Assembly (NCBI GenBank): GCA_040285855.1
Contig: JAUFOQ010000010.1
Coordinates: 186,001 to 250,000 of the forward strand
Direction of reading: 5' to 3'
DNA from: Eukaryota sp. GEM-RC1
Lineage: Eukaryota
DNA: 64,000 nucleotides
Positions 1-11,733 of the stretch are shown piece by piece. The position numbers and the translations under genes were made by a program. The notes beneath the pieces are model-generated. The model was not told the origin of the DNA. It was given only the letters and a program-made list of their open reading frames with translations, and did no database searches. Position 1 is the first letter of the stretch; every line of letters starts with the position of its first letter.

Positions 1-175
1 GAATTGTTTCGTCTCTCCCAATGAGTGTTAACAATCTAGGGTAGGTGTTGTGATTTAGGGTCCAATAGTGTAAAGAACTGGATGAAACGTCACAAGTAGC
101 TTCTGTGATATACTTGTTAAACTCCGCAAACACTTGCTTTCGACGACGTTCTTCTTCCGCTTCTTCTTCCGCTTT
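1..175 (-). mobile_element. hAT transposase C-terminal (dimerisation domain) remnant
   Basis: Minus-strand translation ...EFNKYITEATCDVSSSSLHYWTLNHNTYPRL resembles the hAT dimerisation domain entry (E..Y....L.YW.....YP.L). Confidence 0.5.
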
Positions 176-371
176 CGGTTCTTTGCTGTAAATTTACCAT
201 TAAGAGAGATAAATTTACCTAAGAAAAAGGTAAATTTTATCTTTAAACACTTGCCTTCTTACGAGGCTTTAAGTTGGACATTTCATAACACTGATGGGAT
301 ACTTCATTCTGCGTTCCTTATATGTGGTGGAAAAGTACATTTTTGTGGTAATAAAAATGGAATATAATGTA

Positions 372-480
372 AGTTCATTTAGTTCAGTTCAGTTCATGCA
401 GGTGTGAACTGAACTGAACTAGTTCACAGAGATGAGTGAACTGAACTGAACTAGTTCACGGCTGAACTGAACTGAACTAA
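372..480. repeat. GAACT/AGTTC pentamer array in both orientations, probably a DNA-transposon subterminal region
   Basis: agttcagttcagttca (381-396) faces three tgaactgaactgaact blocks; contains GAACTAGTTC palindromes. Confidence 0.7.
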
Positions 481-1359
481 TTAACATTCCTATTAATTTC
501 GATTGGATATAAACTCTTGTATCTTTCCAATTCATCTTCTTCCTCCATAACCTCATGACTTTGAAGAGATTCTAAAAACATTTCCTCATCGGAATCATCG
601 TCGTCAAAGACAGCATCAACATTACCCTCGTCTTCAACAATGACATCGTTATCAACAGCACCGTCATCGTCAATGCTATTGTTCTGTACGTTAGACCCAG
701 CGTTTAGATGCTCTTCCCTCTTTAAATGGTACATTGCTTTAAATGTCGCAAAGTATGATTCAGTTCTCATAGCTGCTACCATATTCATCCATGCAAAACG
801 TGGATCAAGGAACATTGATATGAAAGTTGTCATATCATACACAAAAGGATGATACTTGTTAACCAAAGGACATGTTACGTTACAAGCATTTTTCAGCCAT
901 TCAGGTGATGACGCAGAAGGGGTGAGTATCTTTGATGTGCATTTGTCCCAGAGACTAGTGATCATCGCATATTGTAAGTATCGGGCAATAAACAAGCAAA
1001 TTCCAGACACCATATTTGCACCATTATCGGTGTTTATCGCAATGACTTTTTTCTGCTCAAATTTACGTATGATTTCCATCAACACGTTGGCTACATCGAC
1101 ACCCCGATGCGAGGAAAGTAATGATCACAATTATGAGTGCGCTACATTTGCAGCGGTATTTCTATAACTTTTTGTATTTGTTTGTACGTCTTGTGAATCG
1201 ATGTGTGTAATGAACTTGGTCAACTTGTTCATTTGCTTTTTATATTGTTCGAAGTAAGTTCAAGCCGCGGCTGAGCCGAATGGTTTGGCTTGGAGAAATC
1301 CAAACTGGTTCGGCTTTGGCTTGAGCCATTTGAGTAAGCCGAACCGTTTGACAGCTCTA
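477..1359 (-). mobile_element. Internally deleted hAT DNA transposon: transposase remnant plus one terminus
   Basis: ORF 477-1085 has hAT motifs INTDNGANM, FLDPRF and an acidic tract followed by ELERY. The minus strand from 1359 reads TAGAGCTGTCAAACGGTTCGGC with AAGCC/GGCTT subterminal repeats, like a hAT terminus. Confidence 0.7.
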
Positions 1360-1368
1360 GTTCTGAGT

Positions 1369-1690
1369 ACGGTAAATGCTTCAATGAAAATTTTTTGGTT
1401 GAGTAGGTTAACGTTTGCGTTAATTCAATATTATATAAGTTGATGGACAAAAGGATCATAGTTCCTTTTTTTTTATTGACAAGTTTTATTGACAGCAACA
1501 CTACAGTGTACATACGTCTAATAATCAATATCCTCAAAGTCCAGATTGCCCAACTGGAAATTTTCACCTACCTTATCCTCATAATGTCTGCCAAGAGATA
1601 ATAAAGCGCTAGATACAGAAGTCACCATACCTTTAAAGATAGCAAACACGATTCGATTATTCCAAAATCTAAGATCTGCTGTGGCATTAA
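1369..1690. mobile_element. Two short CRE-like non-LTR 3' fragments, one + and one - with a poly(A) tail
   Basis: 1369-1415 matches the RLE end at 23170-23225. 1462-1690 on the minus strand reads WNNRIVFAIFKG... and continues into a 3'UTR and an A-tract. Confidence 0.65.
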
Positions 1691-1698
1691 TTAATCAA

Positions 1699-2026
1699 AT
1701 TCTTCTGTACTTGTTTGTCAAAGAAAAACTTCCAAACAGGAATCATATCCCATTTCCCTGATTTCCAAAGAGATTGTGAAGGAACGGAAAGCAACGGAAA
1801 AAGGAATAGACGCTTTTGGACTAAGTTGATTTGGAATTTTGATAGGAGGTCTAAGAGAATCAAGCGATGCACATTCAAGACATAAAAAGGTAGTACCTTC
1901 AGACAGACAGGATTCCACAAGTTTTACTACACAGTTTGCAGATTTTTTGAAAAACACCAGGAAAAACGTCGGGGGGCAAAGGTTGAGAGTTATCTTCACA
2001 AGTAGGGGATGTAGCAACAGGCACAT
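1699..2026 (-). mobile_element. Fragment of the CRE-A N-terminal region (inverted duplicate)
   Basis: Near-identical to 14930-15245 and 4083-4400 (CLECASLD.LRPPIKIPNQLSPK). Confidence 0.85.
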
Positions 2027-3540
2027 TGATGAATGCTAGTCTTACTAACATGTCCAGTGATTAGATTCTTTAATGAAACAGAAGATTTTGAATCAACTGA
2101 GACAACAAGAATAGGTCCAGTGTAGTTACCATGTAGCTTACTAGTTTTGGCGACTTTTAACACAAGATCTCCAATCTGAAATGATTGAAAAGTGTTAGAC
2201 TTCTTCTTGAGCTTGAGTACTGATTGACGATCCTCTGCATCTTCTCTTTTTTTTCGTTAACCGTTCTAGTTTCATTTTAATGTCGTTAATAAACGAAACA
2301 TTCTTTGTTGATTTCTCAACAGCATCTAGTAAACCACTAGGATCTGCACCAGAACTTATGTCATTACCAAACATCAGTTCGTAAGGAGTATGCCCAGTAA
2401 TTGAACTCTTTGTTGCGTTGATCTGTAACTGTACAGTTGGAATGTATGACCAATTGTCATAATCATTGAAGTCCACAAGGAGGTCACGTAGGCTTTGCAG
2501 AACGTCTCTGTGACGTCGTTCCACCAGTCCATTACTCTGGGAGAAATGAGGAATCGAACGACTTACTTCAATCACCAGTAGGTTACATATTGCCTCGAAA
2601 ATAGCATTGGCAAACTCCGTACCATTATCACTATAGATACAAAACGGTATTCCAAAGATGGCAATCACATCCCACACAAGACGATATGCTACTTCTCTAC
2701 TGTTAAGTTCTTCGAGGGGGCTCAAAATGCTGTATCTGGTGAAAGAATCTACAAACACCAATAGGAATTGGTTTCCATTTTGGTCTTTTGGAAGTGGACC
2801 GATTGTGTCGGCATTAAGTCTAGCAAATGGTCTATCAGCCCATAGAGAACCCGTCGATTCAATTATCTTTTTAGGGACAGGTGCCGTTTTCTGACACGCA
2901 GGGCATTGCTGAACATGTTTTATCATGTCAGCTTTCATGCTTGGCCAAAAGTAATCACTATTGAACATAATAGTTAGTGATGATAGTTTGTATTGTTTGT
3001 ATTTGTAAGAGTAAATAGAAGGCGTTTTGCCACTGAACAATATTTCCAAACTTCGTTTCTTGTTTGGGAGTCCTGACTGGACTACGCCACGTAGCATGTA
3101 AAGAACTTTCTTTATTAAGCTAGATGGAATCAAAATCTTTACAAAATCTATTCTTTGAGTTCATGTATGCATTATTCATTGTACACAAAGTTGAACCATT
3201 CACCAGTTGATCTCCTTGTTCTATCGCTTTAGATTGTTCTGACCTAATAGTTGATAACCAAGAATCAAATACAGGAAGTATATTGTCTGTTGAGAGGTTA
3301 CGAAGACACTTGATAGCTAATACGTTGGAGTCACGTGGAAGCACCTCAACATAGCCTGCATCATCATAAAGTAAGAAAGGGTTAAATCACTTTTGATGGA
3401 AAGACTTGAGATCGTTAAAGATTTGATTGAATCAACTGAGCGTCGGTCAATAACATGTCTGCCCATTGATTGTTTGTACCAGCTACATGTACTATCTCAA
3501 AGTCGAACTCTGAGAAAATTGGAATCCATCGTTTGAAGCA
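2027..3540 (-). mobile_element. Ty3/Gypsy pol remnant: RNase H end, integrase and GPY/F tail
   Basis: RWIPIFSEFDFEIVHVAGTNNQWAD (RNase H end); YFWPSM..CPACQ zinc finger; ADTIGPLP, SDNGTEF, SNGLVER DDE core; KLHGNYTGPILV. Frameshifted. Confidence 0.9.
2968..3033 (+). mobile_element. 66-bp CRE 3'-UTR fragment inserted in frame into the Gypsy integrase, 6-bp TSD TGAACA
   Basis: TGAACA at 2962-2967 and 3034-3039. The insert matches the reverse complement of 13702-13745, a CRE 3'UTR. Confidence 0.7.
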
Positions 3541-3556
3541 GATATTTAAACACTCC

Positions 3557-3872
3557 AAGTATGACTCTCAAGTAGAAGAATTAAATAGAAACGCATAAAA
3601 AAATTTATGTTTCAACCTTTTGCTGTTTCTCTTTTTGGATCTATTAGTCCTGCTGGTGATCAATTTTTCAAGGATTTCGAAGAATTGTGTAAAGAAAAGA
3701 AGCGTAAGTTTAGAATGGCTGAATGGATAAACCGTATAGTGTTTTCCATATATCGGAATATGCCTTTCTAGTTAATGTTGATAAACGTAATCTTTTACCG
3801 GGTGGTGATGAAGTCGTTTGGATTTAATTTTAGTATTATTTGTTTGTTTTTACAATTTCATAGTTTGTAGGA
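3557..3872 (+). mobile_element. CRE-like RLE 3' fragment (family ending ...GGDEVVWI)
   Basis: FQPFAVSLFGSISPAG...WINRIVFSIYR; matches 25180-25450 and 45690-46080. Confidence 0.8.
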
Positions 3873-5879
3873 TTTTTTTTCCTCTTCATGACTTTTTTAT
3901 GCCTTCTTCTTCCCTTTCATCTAAACCTTCTAGAGGTCGCTCTAAAGGCTCTACATCGACTTGTTCATTTTGTAAAGTTGCAGGGCATACTAAGACCACC
4001 TGTCCCAAGCGTAAAGCCACTCTCATTGATCCAACTGTTAAAGCTGCTTTTGCTGAAGTTATTGATGTTCAACAAAGTTTGCCTGTTGCTACATCACCTA
4101 CTTGTGAAGATAACTCTCAGCCTTCGCCCCCTGACGTTTTGCCTGGTACTGTTTCAAAAAATCTGCAAACTGTGTAGTAAAACTTGTGTCTCATGTCTAT
4201 CTGAAGGTAGTACCTTTTTATGTCTTGAATGTGCATCGCTTGATCCTCTTAGACCTCCTATCAAAATTCCAAATCAACTTAGTCCAAAAGCATCTATTCC
4301 ATTTTCCGTTGCTTTCCGCTCCTTTACAATCTCTTTGAAATCAGAAGAAGTGGGATATGATTCCTGTCTGGAAGTTTTTCTTTGACAAACAAGTACAGAA
4401 GAATCCAGCAAAAGTTCCTGAAATTTTTCACCCTTCTAAAATATCCGTTGATAAACATATTCGTCAGCAATTACTTCGTGGTCGTTATGGTTCTGCTAAA
4501 AATTCTCTTTTTCGTCTAAACTAGCTCCTTTTAATGACGATACTGTTTCTCAATTACAATCTTTGCATCCCAAGGAAAATTTTCATACGGAAGTTCCACT
4601 TTCTCCAACATATTGGAGAAAAAATCCTATTTTATCTATTTTATCAATGACGTTCTTTTGTTGAAAGTTATTGCCCCAAAAGAACTCAGTGCCTCGCGTT
4701 TGGTTGCTTTAGTGAAACCAAATAAGAAAATTCGTCCAATTGCTGTCGGGAATCGATATATAGAGTTTTCTCATCTCTAGTGTTCTCTAGAATTTTGAAC
4801 AAAGCTCAGAAATATTTTTCCCCTTGTCAGTATGGAATTAAAACAATTGATGGTTCAGTTGCAGCTTTGACATCTGATCTTTTTCTAAACACCAAAATTG
4901 ACAATTTTGATTTTAATCTTGACTTTAAAAACGCATTCAACTCGGTTAAACGTGCTGCTATTTTGCCACAATTACAAGAACATTTTCCAGAATTGGAATC
5001 TTTTTTCATACTTTTTATGGTAATTCTTCTGATTTGGTCTACAACTCGACTAATCTTTCTTCTTTAACCGGTGTTAAACAAGGCGATCCTCTTGGTCCTT
5101 TTTTCTTCTGCCTTGCTATTCACCCCATCCTCAACCATCTTAAATCCAAGTATAAGGATTTGGAAATTGTGGCTTTTATGGATGACATTTCATTTATCGC
5201 ACCTTTTGAGACTATACAAGCAATTTCTGCAGAAGCTGCCACTTTGTATGAAGAGATTGGTTTAAATTTAAATATTCAAAAATGTTTCGTTATAGGAAAA
5301 GAACCAAAGTTATTAACAATTCGTTCAATTGAAGTTCCTTTCATTAGTTATTCTGCTTCCAAGTTTCAGATTTCTTGGTTGTTTTTTTTGGTAAAAAAGA
5401 AGATATTGTCAAAAACCTTGATGATTATTTGAATTCGATTCAAGAAGAGTTGGATAAGATTAAAGTTCTTGAAATTGAAAAACATTTAAAATTCTTCATG
5501 CATTCTGGTAAAATTACTCATCTTTTTAGGTCCCTTGCTCCTGAGTTATCGTATGATTTCTGTAGAGCTTTTAACAAAATTCGCACAGACTTTCTTTCAT
5601 TTCTCCTTCAAGTCAACCCCAATATTTTAAATAAATACACATTTTCCAGTCCATATCTTAGAGGTTTGGGATTTACATCTTCTTAATGGTGGACTAAAGC
5701 AGCTTTTATTGGTGGAGGAAAGAATTTTGTTTTCGAGTTTTGTAATCGATATCCATCAAGAACTTCTCTTCTTGAAAGTACTACAGTGGAATTCTTCCAG
5801 GATGCATATTTCCCATTTCGGAATTTCCCCCTTAAAAACATCCCCCCCTTTTTGCAAAGTCTTAAACTCTCCTTCTTTG

Positions 5880-6983
5880 ATGGGGTATACCTTCACGATG
5901 CTTTTTGACAGTCTGTCCGAGTTTAAGAAACGCTCAGTAAACGCCTCTGAAGATACGAAGACCAGAGCTGTCTATACTTACTTCTGGTTAAACAAAACCC
6001 AAGAAGAGGTTACATTCTTCTTTATTGTAAAACAATCTACGATATCCCGTCGGATCTCTTCCGCTTTTGAGGACAAAGATTCGTATAAGACCTCTGGTAA
6101 CGTAGGTGTACTCGATTCTGATGATAAATCTTTTATTAAATCTGTTCTTGATGCAGATCCTCTTTTGTATCTCAGGGAAATTGTAGGTCTGGTCTCTATT
6201 CAAAGAAATTAAGACGTTTCGGTTTCAACTATCCAGTGAGCTATAGCTTCGCTTAAATTTACTCGGAAACGATATGTTGCCCTTGTGAGAAGAGCTCGTA
6301 TACAGCTCATCACAAAATTTGAGTGTATGTGGAACAACCGTGTCGGAATTGTTATACAAAGTCAACTTGTGTTTATTGACGAAGTATCGTTTAGAATCAA
6401 AGACTATGAACGAACTTATGGATACTCACCGGCAGGGGTGCAAATTGACCGAGAACTTGGTCAAATGAAACACTTTCAAATAAGTCTCTGTGTGGCTATT
6501 GGTATGGATGGTTTCATATATTGTGAAGCTCAGTATGGACATTTTGATCGAAAAGACTTTGTTAACTTTTTATTTGGGCTGATTCAAGGAGGCTATTTGG
6601 GTGCTGCTGGAGCAACCCATAGTAAAATTATACTAGATGGATGTCGAATCCATATTCATGAGGCTATTTCAGAAGGTTTGAGAAAATGTGGTATCGAATA
6701 CTTTGTATTGCCTCCATATTGCCCTGAGAGCAATCCAATCGAATCATTTTTCGGCATTTTGAAGAGGAAGTTAAGAGATGAGTTTCATTTCCAGGACAAA
6801 GCTAATGTAGATCATCTGGCTTTTGTAAAGCGACTGACTGAGTCCAAAATGTATTACGATTGCCGGAGATTGTTTGACAAGGCTGGATGGAGGCAATACC
6901 GATATTACAGGTCTCCTTATCTCTCAAATGCTGCTCTCAAAGATAGTCAAACCTCTAACAGTCGTCGATCATTGTTTCAATAA
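5880..6983 (+). pseudogene. DD34E IS630/Tc1 transposase with two in-frame stops
   Basis: N-terminal HTH (STISR, DPLLYLREI, VSVSTI), then FIDEV, ILDGC-34 aa-NPIE and LPPYCPESNPIE. TAA at 6210 and TGA at about 6237 lie in the same frame. Confidence 0.9.
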
Positions 6984-7043
6984 TGCATAATTATAATGAC
7001 CTTTTGTATTTATTAATGAAAAAATTATGAAAATGATCACAAT

Positions 7044-8084
7044 CTACTTTGGTGGTGCTCCGTGGGAGACATCATTTTCATTCGATGTCTTCTTCAATTG
7101 GGTGAAAGACGTCTTGCAGAGGCGAGCTCTTCTATACTGATTGATAGGGGTCATAAAGGGATCCTCCTGTTGGGCAGTAGTAGACATGGATTGCTCTTGT
7201 TCAGCCGCGGATAAGACAGATCTAATTTGAGAAGGAACCAAGAGGTTAATCGAGTCAAAGTGGCTTGTTAGAAGATCATGGACCTGCGCAATCAACTGCT
7301 GATAACTGACTGACAGTCTCTGTGCAATATTTTCTGCAACTCGATGAATAAGTTCCTGATCAGTCAAACCGTTACGGTCATCGATTTTCCTCCAAAACAA
7401 ATCAATCAACTCAGCGGGAATACCAACAGCAGACAACTGTGGACTCTTTCCATAAAGGTCTGCAAACTTAATCCATGCGTCATCTTCTCCATCCCACGAA
7501 GGGTTCTTGCTTCGCAGAACTTCTGGGGTAAAAGACCTGTGTTCCTTCAAGGTCATAAAGGCTTCATACTTTTTCAGGGCTGAAGCAGAGATATTGGATG
7601 CTTCTACCTTTACGGTAAAAGCAACAGGTGAATCAGGTGAATCCAGCCAGTTGTTTATCCACCGGTGTAAAACAGTTGTTTTTAGAGATGAGAAATACTC
7701 CTTGTTCTTCTTCAAGTAGAATTCGAACTTTGATTCAGGATGTACATGACATCCTTCTTTGTCTATAGTTGTTGTAAAGTGGCACATGAAAAGTGTTGAG
7801 AGAGACGTGAAGGAGCAATCATCAAGATCTTGAAAGTATAAAGTAACAGGGTCCATGGTCAGCTTTGAACCAGAATTTTGAGACCGAGCATACACTAGGG
7901 AAACTGGAACAGAAGAGGCATTTTCAATGCGTGCAAGTGATATAGACGTGGTGGGTCTTTCAACAGAATCGTCTTCAAAGCCATTATTGGATATAGACGT
8001 GCTGGGTCTTTCAACAGAATCGTCTTCAAAGCCATCATAATATAAATCCAGAGGCGGAGGCGAAAAGGATTGCGAATTGGTCAT
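7044..8084 (-). CDS. Hypothetical 346-aa protein carried inside the Tc1/IS630 element
   Basis: Uninterrupted ATG-to-TAG ORF between the TIRs, convergent with the transposase. It has a 17-aa tandem duplication (GFEDDSVERP.TSIS) and no motif I recognise. Confidence 0.75.
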   Translation of the reverse strand: MTNSQSFSPPPLDLYYDGFEDDSVERPSTSISNNGFEDDSVERPTTSISLARIENASSVPVSLVYARSQNSGSKLTMDPVTLYFQDLDDCSFTSLSTLFMCHFTTTIDKEGCHVHPESKFEFYLKKNKEYFSSLKTTVLHRWINNWLDSPDSPVAFTVKVEASNISASALKKYEAFMTLKEHRSFTPEVLRSKNPSWDGEDDAWIKFADLYGKSPQLSAVGIPAELIDLFWRKIDDRNGLTDQELIHRVAENIAQRLSVSYQQLIAQVHDLLTSHFDSINLLVPSQIRSVLSAAEQEQSMSTTAQQEDPFMTPINQYRRARLCKTSFTQLKKTSNENDVSHGAPPK

Positions 8085-8313
8085 TTATTGTTTGGATATG
8101 TAGATATATTGAGAAGGGGAAATTCTTATGGAGAAACAGGAATTATGCGTTTGGAATGAAATTCACTGTAGCAGCTTTTATCTTAGTCATCTCCGTGGTG
8201 AAATAGGAAATCTTTCTCCTGAGCTATGGTCAACTTGCTTTCCTGTTAATATCAAAGAAATTCCATGTCGAAACATTTTGTCTTTAAAGTTTGCTTTAAA
8301 AAAGCTACAAAAT

Positions 8314-9041
8314 TTTGATAAAAGATAATTTTATGTTATAAATTAACGAAATACAAACAACTAGTACTTAAAAGATATTAAATGATCCACATCTACTCTT
8401 GAACTACCATGATACAATTTGTCCAGAATACGATTCAAATACTTTGGGAAACTTCTATATAAGGAAAAAACAATGCGATTGCGCCAAATAGACTGATTAA
8501 AATTTTTCCTATGGTCATGGCACAATTTTGAAAAGGCATCAAAAAAATTTTCAGCAGCAAATCCAATATTACCAAGAATTGAAATAGCAAAAGGAATGAA
8601 CTTAAAAGAAGAATACAAATTGGAATTCAGTTTGATCATTGTGTCAGAATATGTACTAATTTTTCTTTTTTCAGCTTTGGATAAATGATTTTCAGTATCA
8701 CTCGAAACTGAATTCAAATATACTTTAGCACATGGATCCACAGTAGTAAAATCTATCACAGCTTGACAAGAATCAAGATATGGAACAATGAGATCACCTC
8801 GTCGAGAATTGGTAATATTATCATCACTATAATGCTTAAGAAGAGGTTCGATTTTCCCATTAAACCCATGACATTTAGACATTTCATAAGTAACGTCACG
8901 AACAGCATTGTGTAAAATCGATCTAAACTGAAGAAATTTTTTGCAACTAACAATGTGTCTGAAGTCAGCCTTTTGTCTCTTCACAACAACACATAGTATT
9001 AGCTAACAATTCAGATGGAAACAGACCTAAGCGAAGACGCA
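8314..9041 (-). mobile_element. 5'-truncated CRE-B (RLE domain plus 3'UTR) inserted antisense into CRE-A
   Basis: HIVSC..HNAVRD..RRGDL..ID..AEKRK..Y..PFA..G; TSD TACAAAAT at 8306-8313 and 9042-9049. Confidence 0.85.
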
Positions 9042-10405
9042 TACAAAATCATTTATTAAAATATTTTTGAAAGTTTAGATTTTACAGTTCGTCTTAGCTC
9101 GGCTAAGGAAAAAAATCCAGCTTTCGCTAATTTTGTAATTGATTTAAAGGAGAGTTCTGCTGTGGCATTAATTAATCAAATTCCACAAGTATATGGTTTG
9201 TTATTAAATGATCATCAATGGACCACTACAATGAGACTTCGTTGTTATTTATGGCCATATAATTTGCCAAATGATCTTCAATGTAGCTGTGGAAAACAAT
9301 TAACGTTTTCTCATCTGTTAAGTTGTAATCGTTACATAACTTATCGAACGTGTATGCATGATGCTGTAAGAGATCAAATACATGCTATGTGTAAGTCTTA
9401 CAAAATTGAGTCATTTGTTGAACCACTTTTAAGATCTTTAGAACCAAGAAATAATTGTAATGTCGAAAAACAGAACCAATTTTTTGGTAAACGGAGAGCA
9501 GATTTTGTTGTCCCTTCTTCTTCAGACAAATTGTTTGTTGTTGATGTAGTGTCGGTGGATGTTTGTAAAAAGACATCTTTAAAGAACGCTTCGTCTGAAA
9601 CTTCTCCTTTAGACATTTCTGAACAGGCCAAACAGGATAAGTACAAGAAACCATTGATGGCTTTAAAACATGTAACACATGTTGAGTACGAATTATGCCC
9701 TTTGCCGTTTCAATTTACGGACGTTTAGGAAAAGTGCATTGAATTTTTTAAACGATTTCGGAAAAATTGTAAAAAAATAGGACGGCCAAACGTTTTGATC
9801 ATATGTTATGGTTGAATCGGATCGTTTTTACTGTTTTTAAAACAGTTCCCCTAATCATCTCCAAAGCTTTATTAGCAGTGAGTTCGTTTTATGAGGACAA
9901 AGCTGTTGTAAGGTTTGATAGCGACGTGTGTTGTTTTAATGATATCAAATTCTAGTTGTTTGATCTATTACATTTATAATAAAAAAATACAAATACAAAA
10001 AAAAATGGTGTGTATAAAAAGCCACCGGCATTACATCTAAAAGATTTGTACCTTTTTGAAAGGTATTTCTGCAAACTCTGTGTTTTTGTTTGTCTAAAGA
10101 TCATGAATGACTTAAAAACACGCGGCTTAAGTTAGGTTTATGACCTTCAGATCTTTTGCATTATTTTTACATGTCTTTGTGGTCCTTCAACCGCTTCAAA
10201 TTTAGCAATTGAACCATTTAGTGTTCACTCTTTGAACGAAATTGTTATTCGTTAGTTTCACTGAACGGCAAAAAAGGAATGAAGAATGAACGCTTAATTC
10301 TGACCATGTTTGTCGTGATTATTATTGTTGTTGTTTGTATTCGAATTCTATCATGTGGTCTCTGTGAATTGATAACGATTAGTATAATGCAAAATGGACT
10401 TGGAA

Positions 10406-11328
10406 AATAGTTTTGAGTATCTTATGTATTTGTTCTTCTGATTATCATGGATTTATATACCGTTGAACATATTGAGTTATGATGATAAACGCAAACCATT
10501 ACCAGATCATGAAGTTGTTTTAATCTGGAAACAGATCAATCAATCGGATTTAAGATCCTTTGTTTGTTCTTTCTTAATGAACGACTTAATGACACCTAAC
10601 AATGTTAAGCAAACATACACACAATATATTAATCTATATGTATTCTGTAATAAAAAGTGTTAAGAAATATACATAACAAGATCAAATTCCAACAACAAGT
10701 ATTTGCACCTGAATAAGTAATCTCTACTGTGGACATTCTGAGTTAAGATTACTTCATAACTTAGTTTTCAGATTTTTTCACCTCTTTGTATTCACACATG
10801 TCCTCACCTAATGATGCTTACCAAATGGAAATAATCTCCTCTACAGATTCTAATATACAATCACAATCTGCTTCAGCTCCTCCTTCTTCTGTTATAAAGA
10901 AATTGCTTCTGGAAGATCTGGTACAACACTTTCAGCAAGCGATTAATATTATTATGTTATACTAGTATACAACTAAAGCGGATCCGAAGAATAGTTTTCA
11001 GTATCTTCTGTATTTGTATTTCTGATTATAATGGATTTATATACCGTTGAACCCAATGAATTATGATGATAAATGGAAAACCATTACCAGATGAAGTTGT
11101 TTTACTCTAGAAACAGATCAATTCAGCAAAATTTCGGATCTAAGATCCTTTGTTTGTTCTTTCTTAATGAATGTCTTAATGACACCTAACAATGTTAAGT
11201 AAACAGACACACAATATAATAATCTATATGTATTCTGTAATAAAAATAGTTAAAACCCATCCATAACAAGATCAAATTCCAACAATACGTATTTGTACTT
11301 GAACAAGTAATCGCTACTGTGGACATTC
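10406..11328 (+). repeat. Pair of diverged ~335-bp direct repeats (10406-10738 and 10990-11328)
   Basis: Both start aatagtttt.agtatctt and end ctactgtggacattc; about 250 bp of unique spacer. Confidence 0.8.
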
Positions 11329-11329
11329 C

Positions 11330-11733
11330 ACTGAATTCTTCAGAACAATACAAGAGAAACAAATATGATGAACCACTGACTGCTCTCAAACATATTAGAC
11401 ATGTTGAGTACAAATTATGTCCTTTAGCAATTTCAATTTATGGTCGACTTGGTAGAGATGCTCTTTGTTTTCTCTCTGATTTTGAGAAAGTGGTCAAAAA
11501 AGAACGAACAAGAAATTTGATTTCAAATTTTGGTTGAATCGTATTGTTTTTACAATATTTAAAACAATTCCTATCATGATTTCAAAAGCTCTATTAGCTC
11601 TCAGTGTTTTTTATGAAGAAAAAGGTGATGTGAGTTTTAATGGCAATGATTGTTGCTTTAATGATATTGAGTTCTAGTACTTGTGTTTATTTTAGTGTTT
11701 TTGTTCCATAAATAGTTGTATTACAAAAAAAAA
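11330..11733 (+). mobile_element. CRE-like 3' fragment with poly(A) tail
   Basis: SEQYKRNKY..LCPLAISIYGRLG..WLNRIVFTIFK..DIEF*, then a UTR and an A-tract; paralogue at 58620-58975. Confidence 0.8.

Larger units (their letters stand above)
5784..8168 (+). mobile_element. IS630/Tc1-mariner DNA transposon (2385 bp) with TA TSD, imperfect TIRs and two convergent ORFs
   Basis: TA|CAGTGGAATTC...GAAATTCACTG|TA. Both flanks rejoin as CRE-A sequence (compare 16555-16580). Confidence 0.9.
3899..10005 (+). mobile_element. CRE-like (R2 superfamily) non-LTR retrotransposon CRE-A, degenerate, interrupted by two insertions
   Basis: N-terminal CCHC knuckle CSFCKVAGHTKTTC; RT motifs KIRPIAVG, QYGI, LDFKNAFN, GVKQGDPLGP, AFMDD; RLE region CSCG..HLLSC..HDAVRD..RRAD..VD..KY; A-rich tail at about 9980-10005. 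Confidence 0.9.

Noticed and set aside
6210..6240. Stop-codon reassignment (in-frame TAA/TGA in the transposase and CRE ORFs)
   Set aside because: HisRS, PSMA3 and TTC4 read cleanly in the standard code, and host genes end in TAA, TAG and TGA. In-frame stops are confined to decayed TEs.
7044..8084. Fanzor/TnpB as the second ORF of the IS630 element
   Set aside because: No RuvC-I (hhhDxG), RuvC-II, CxxC zinc finger or RD.N motif is visible, and there is little room for an omega-RNA downstream.
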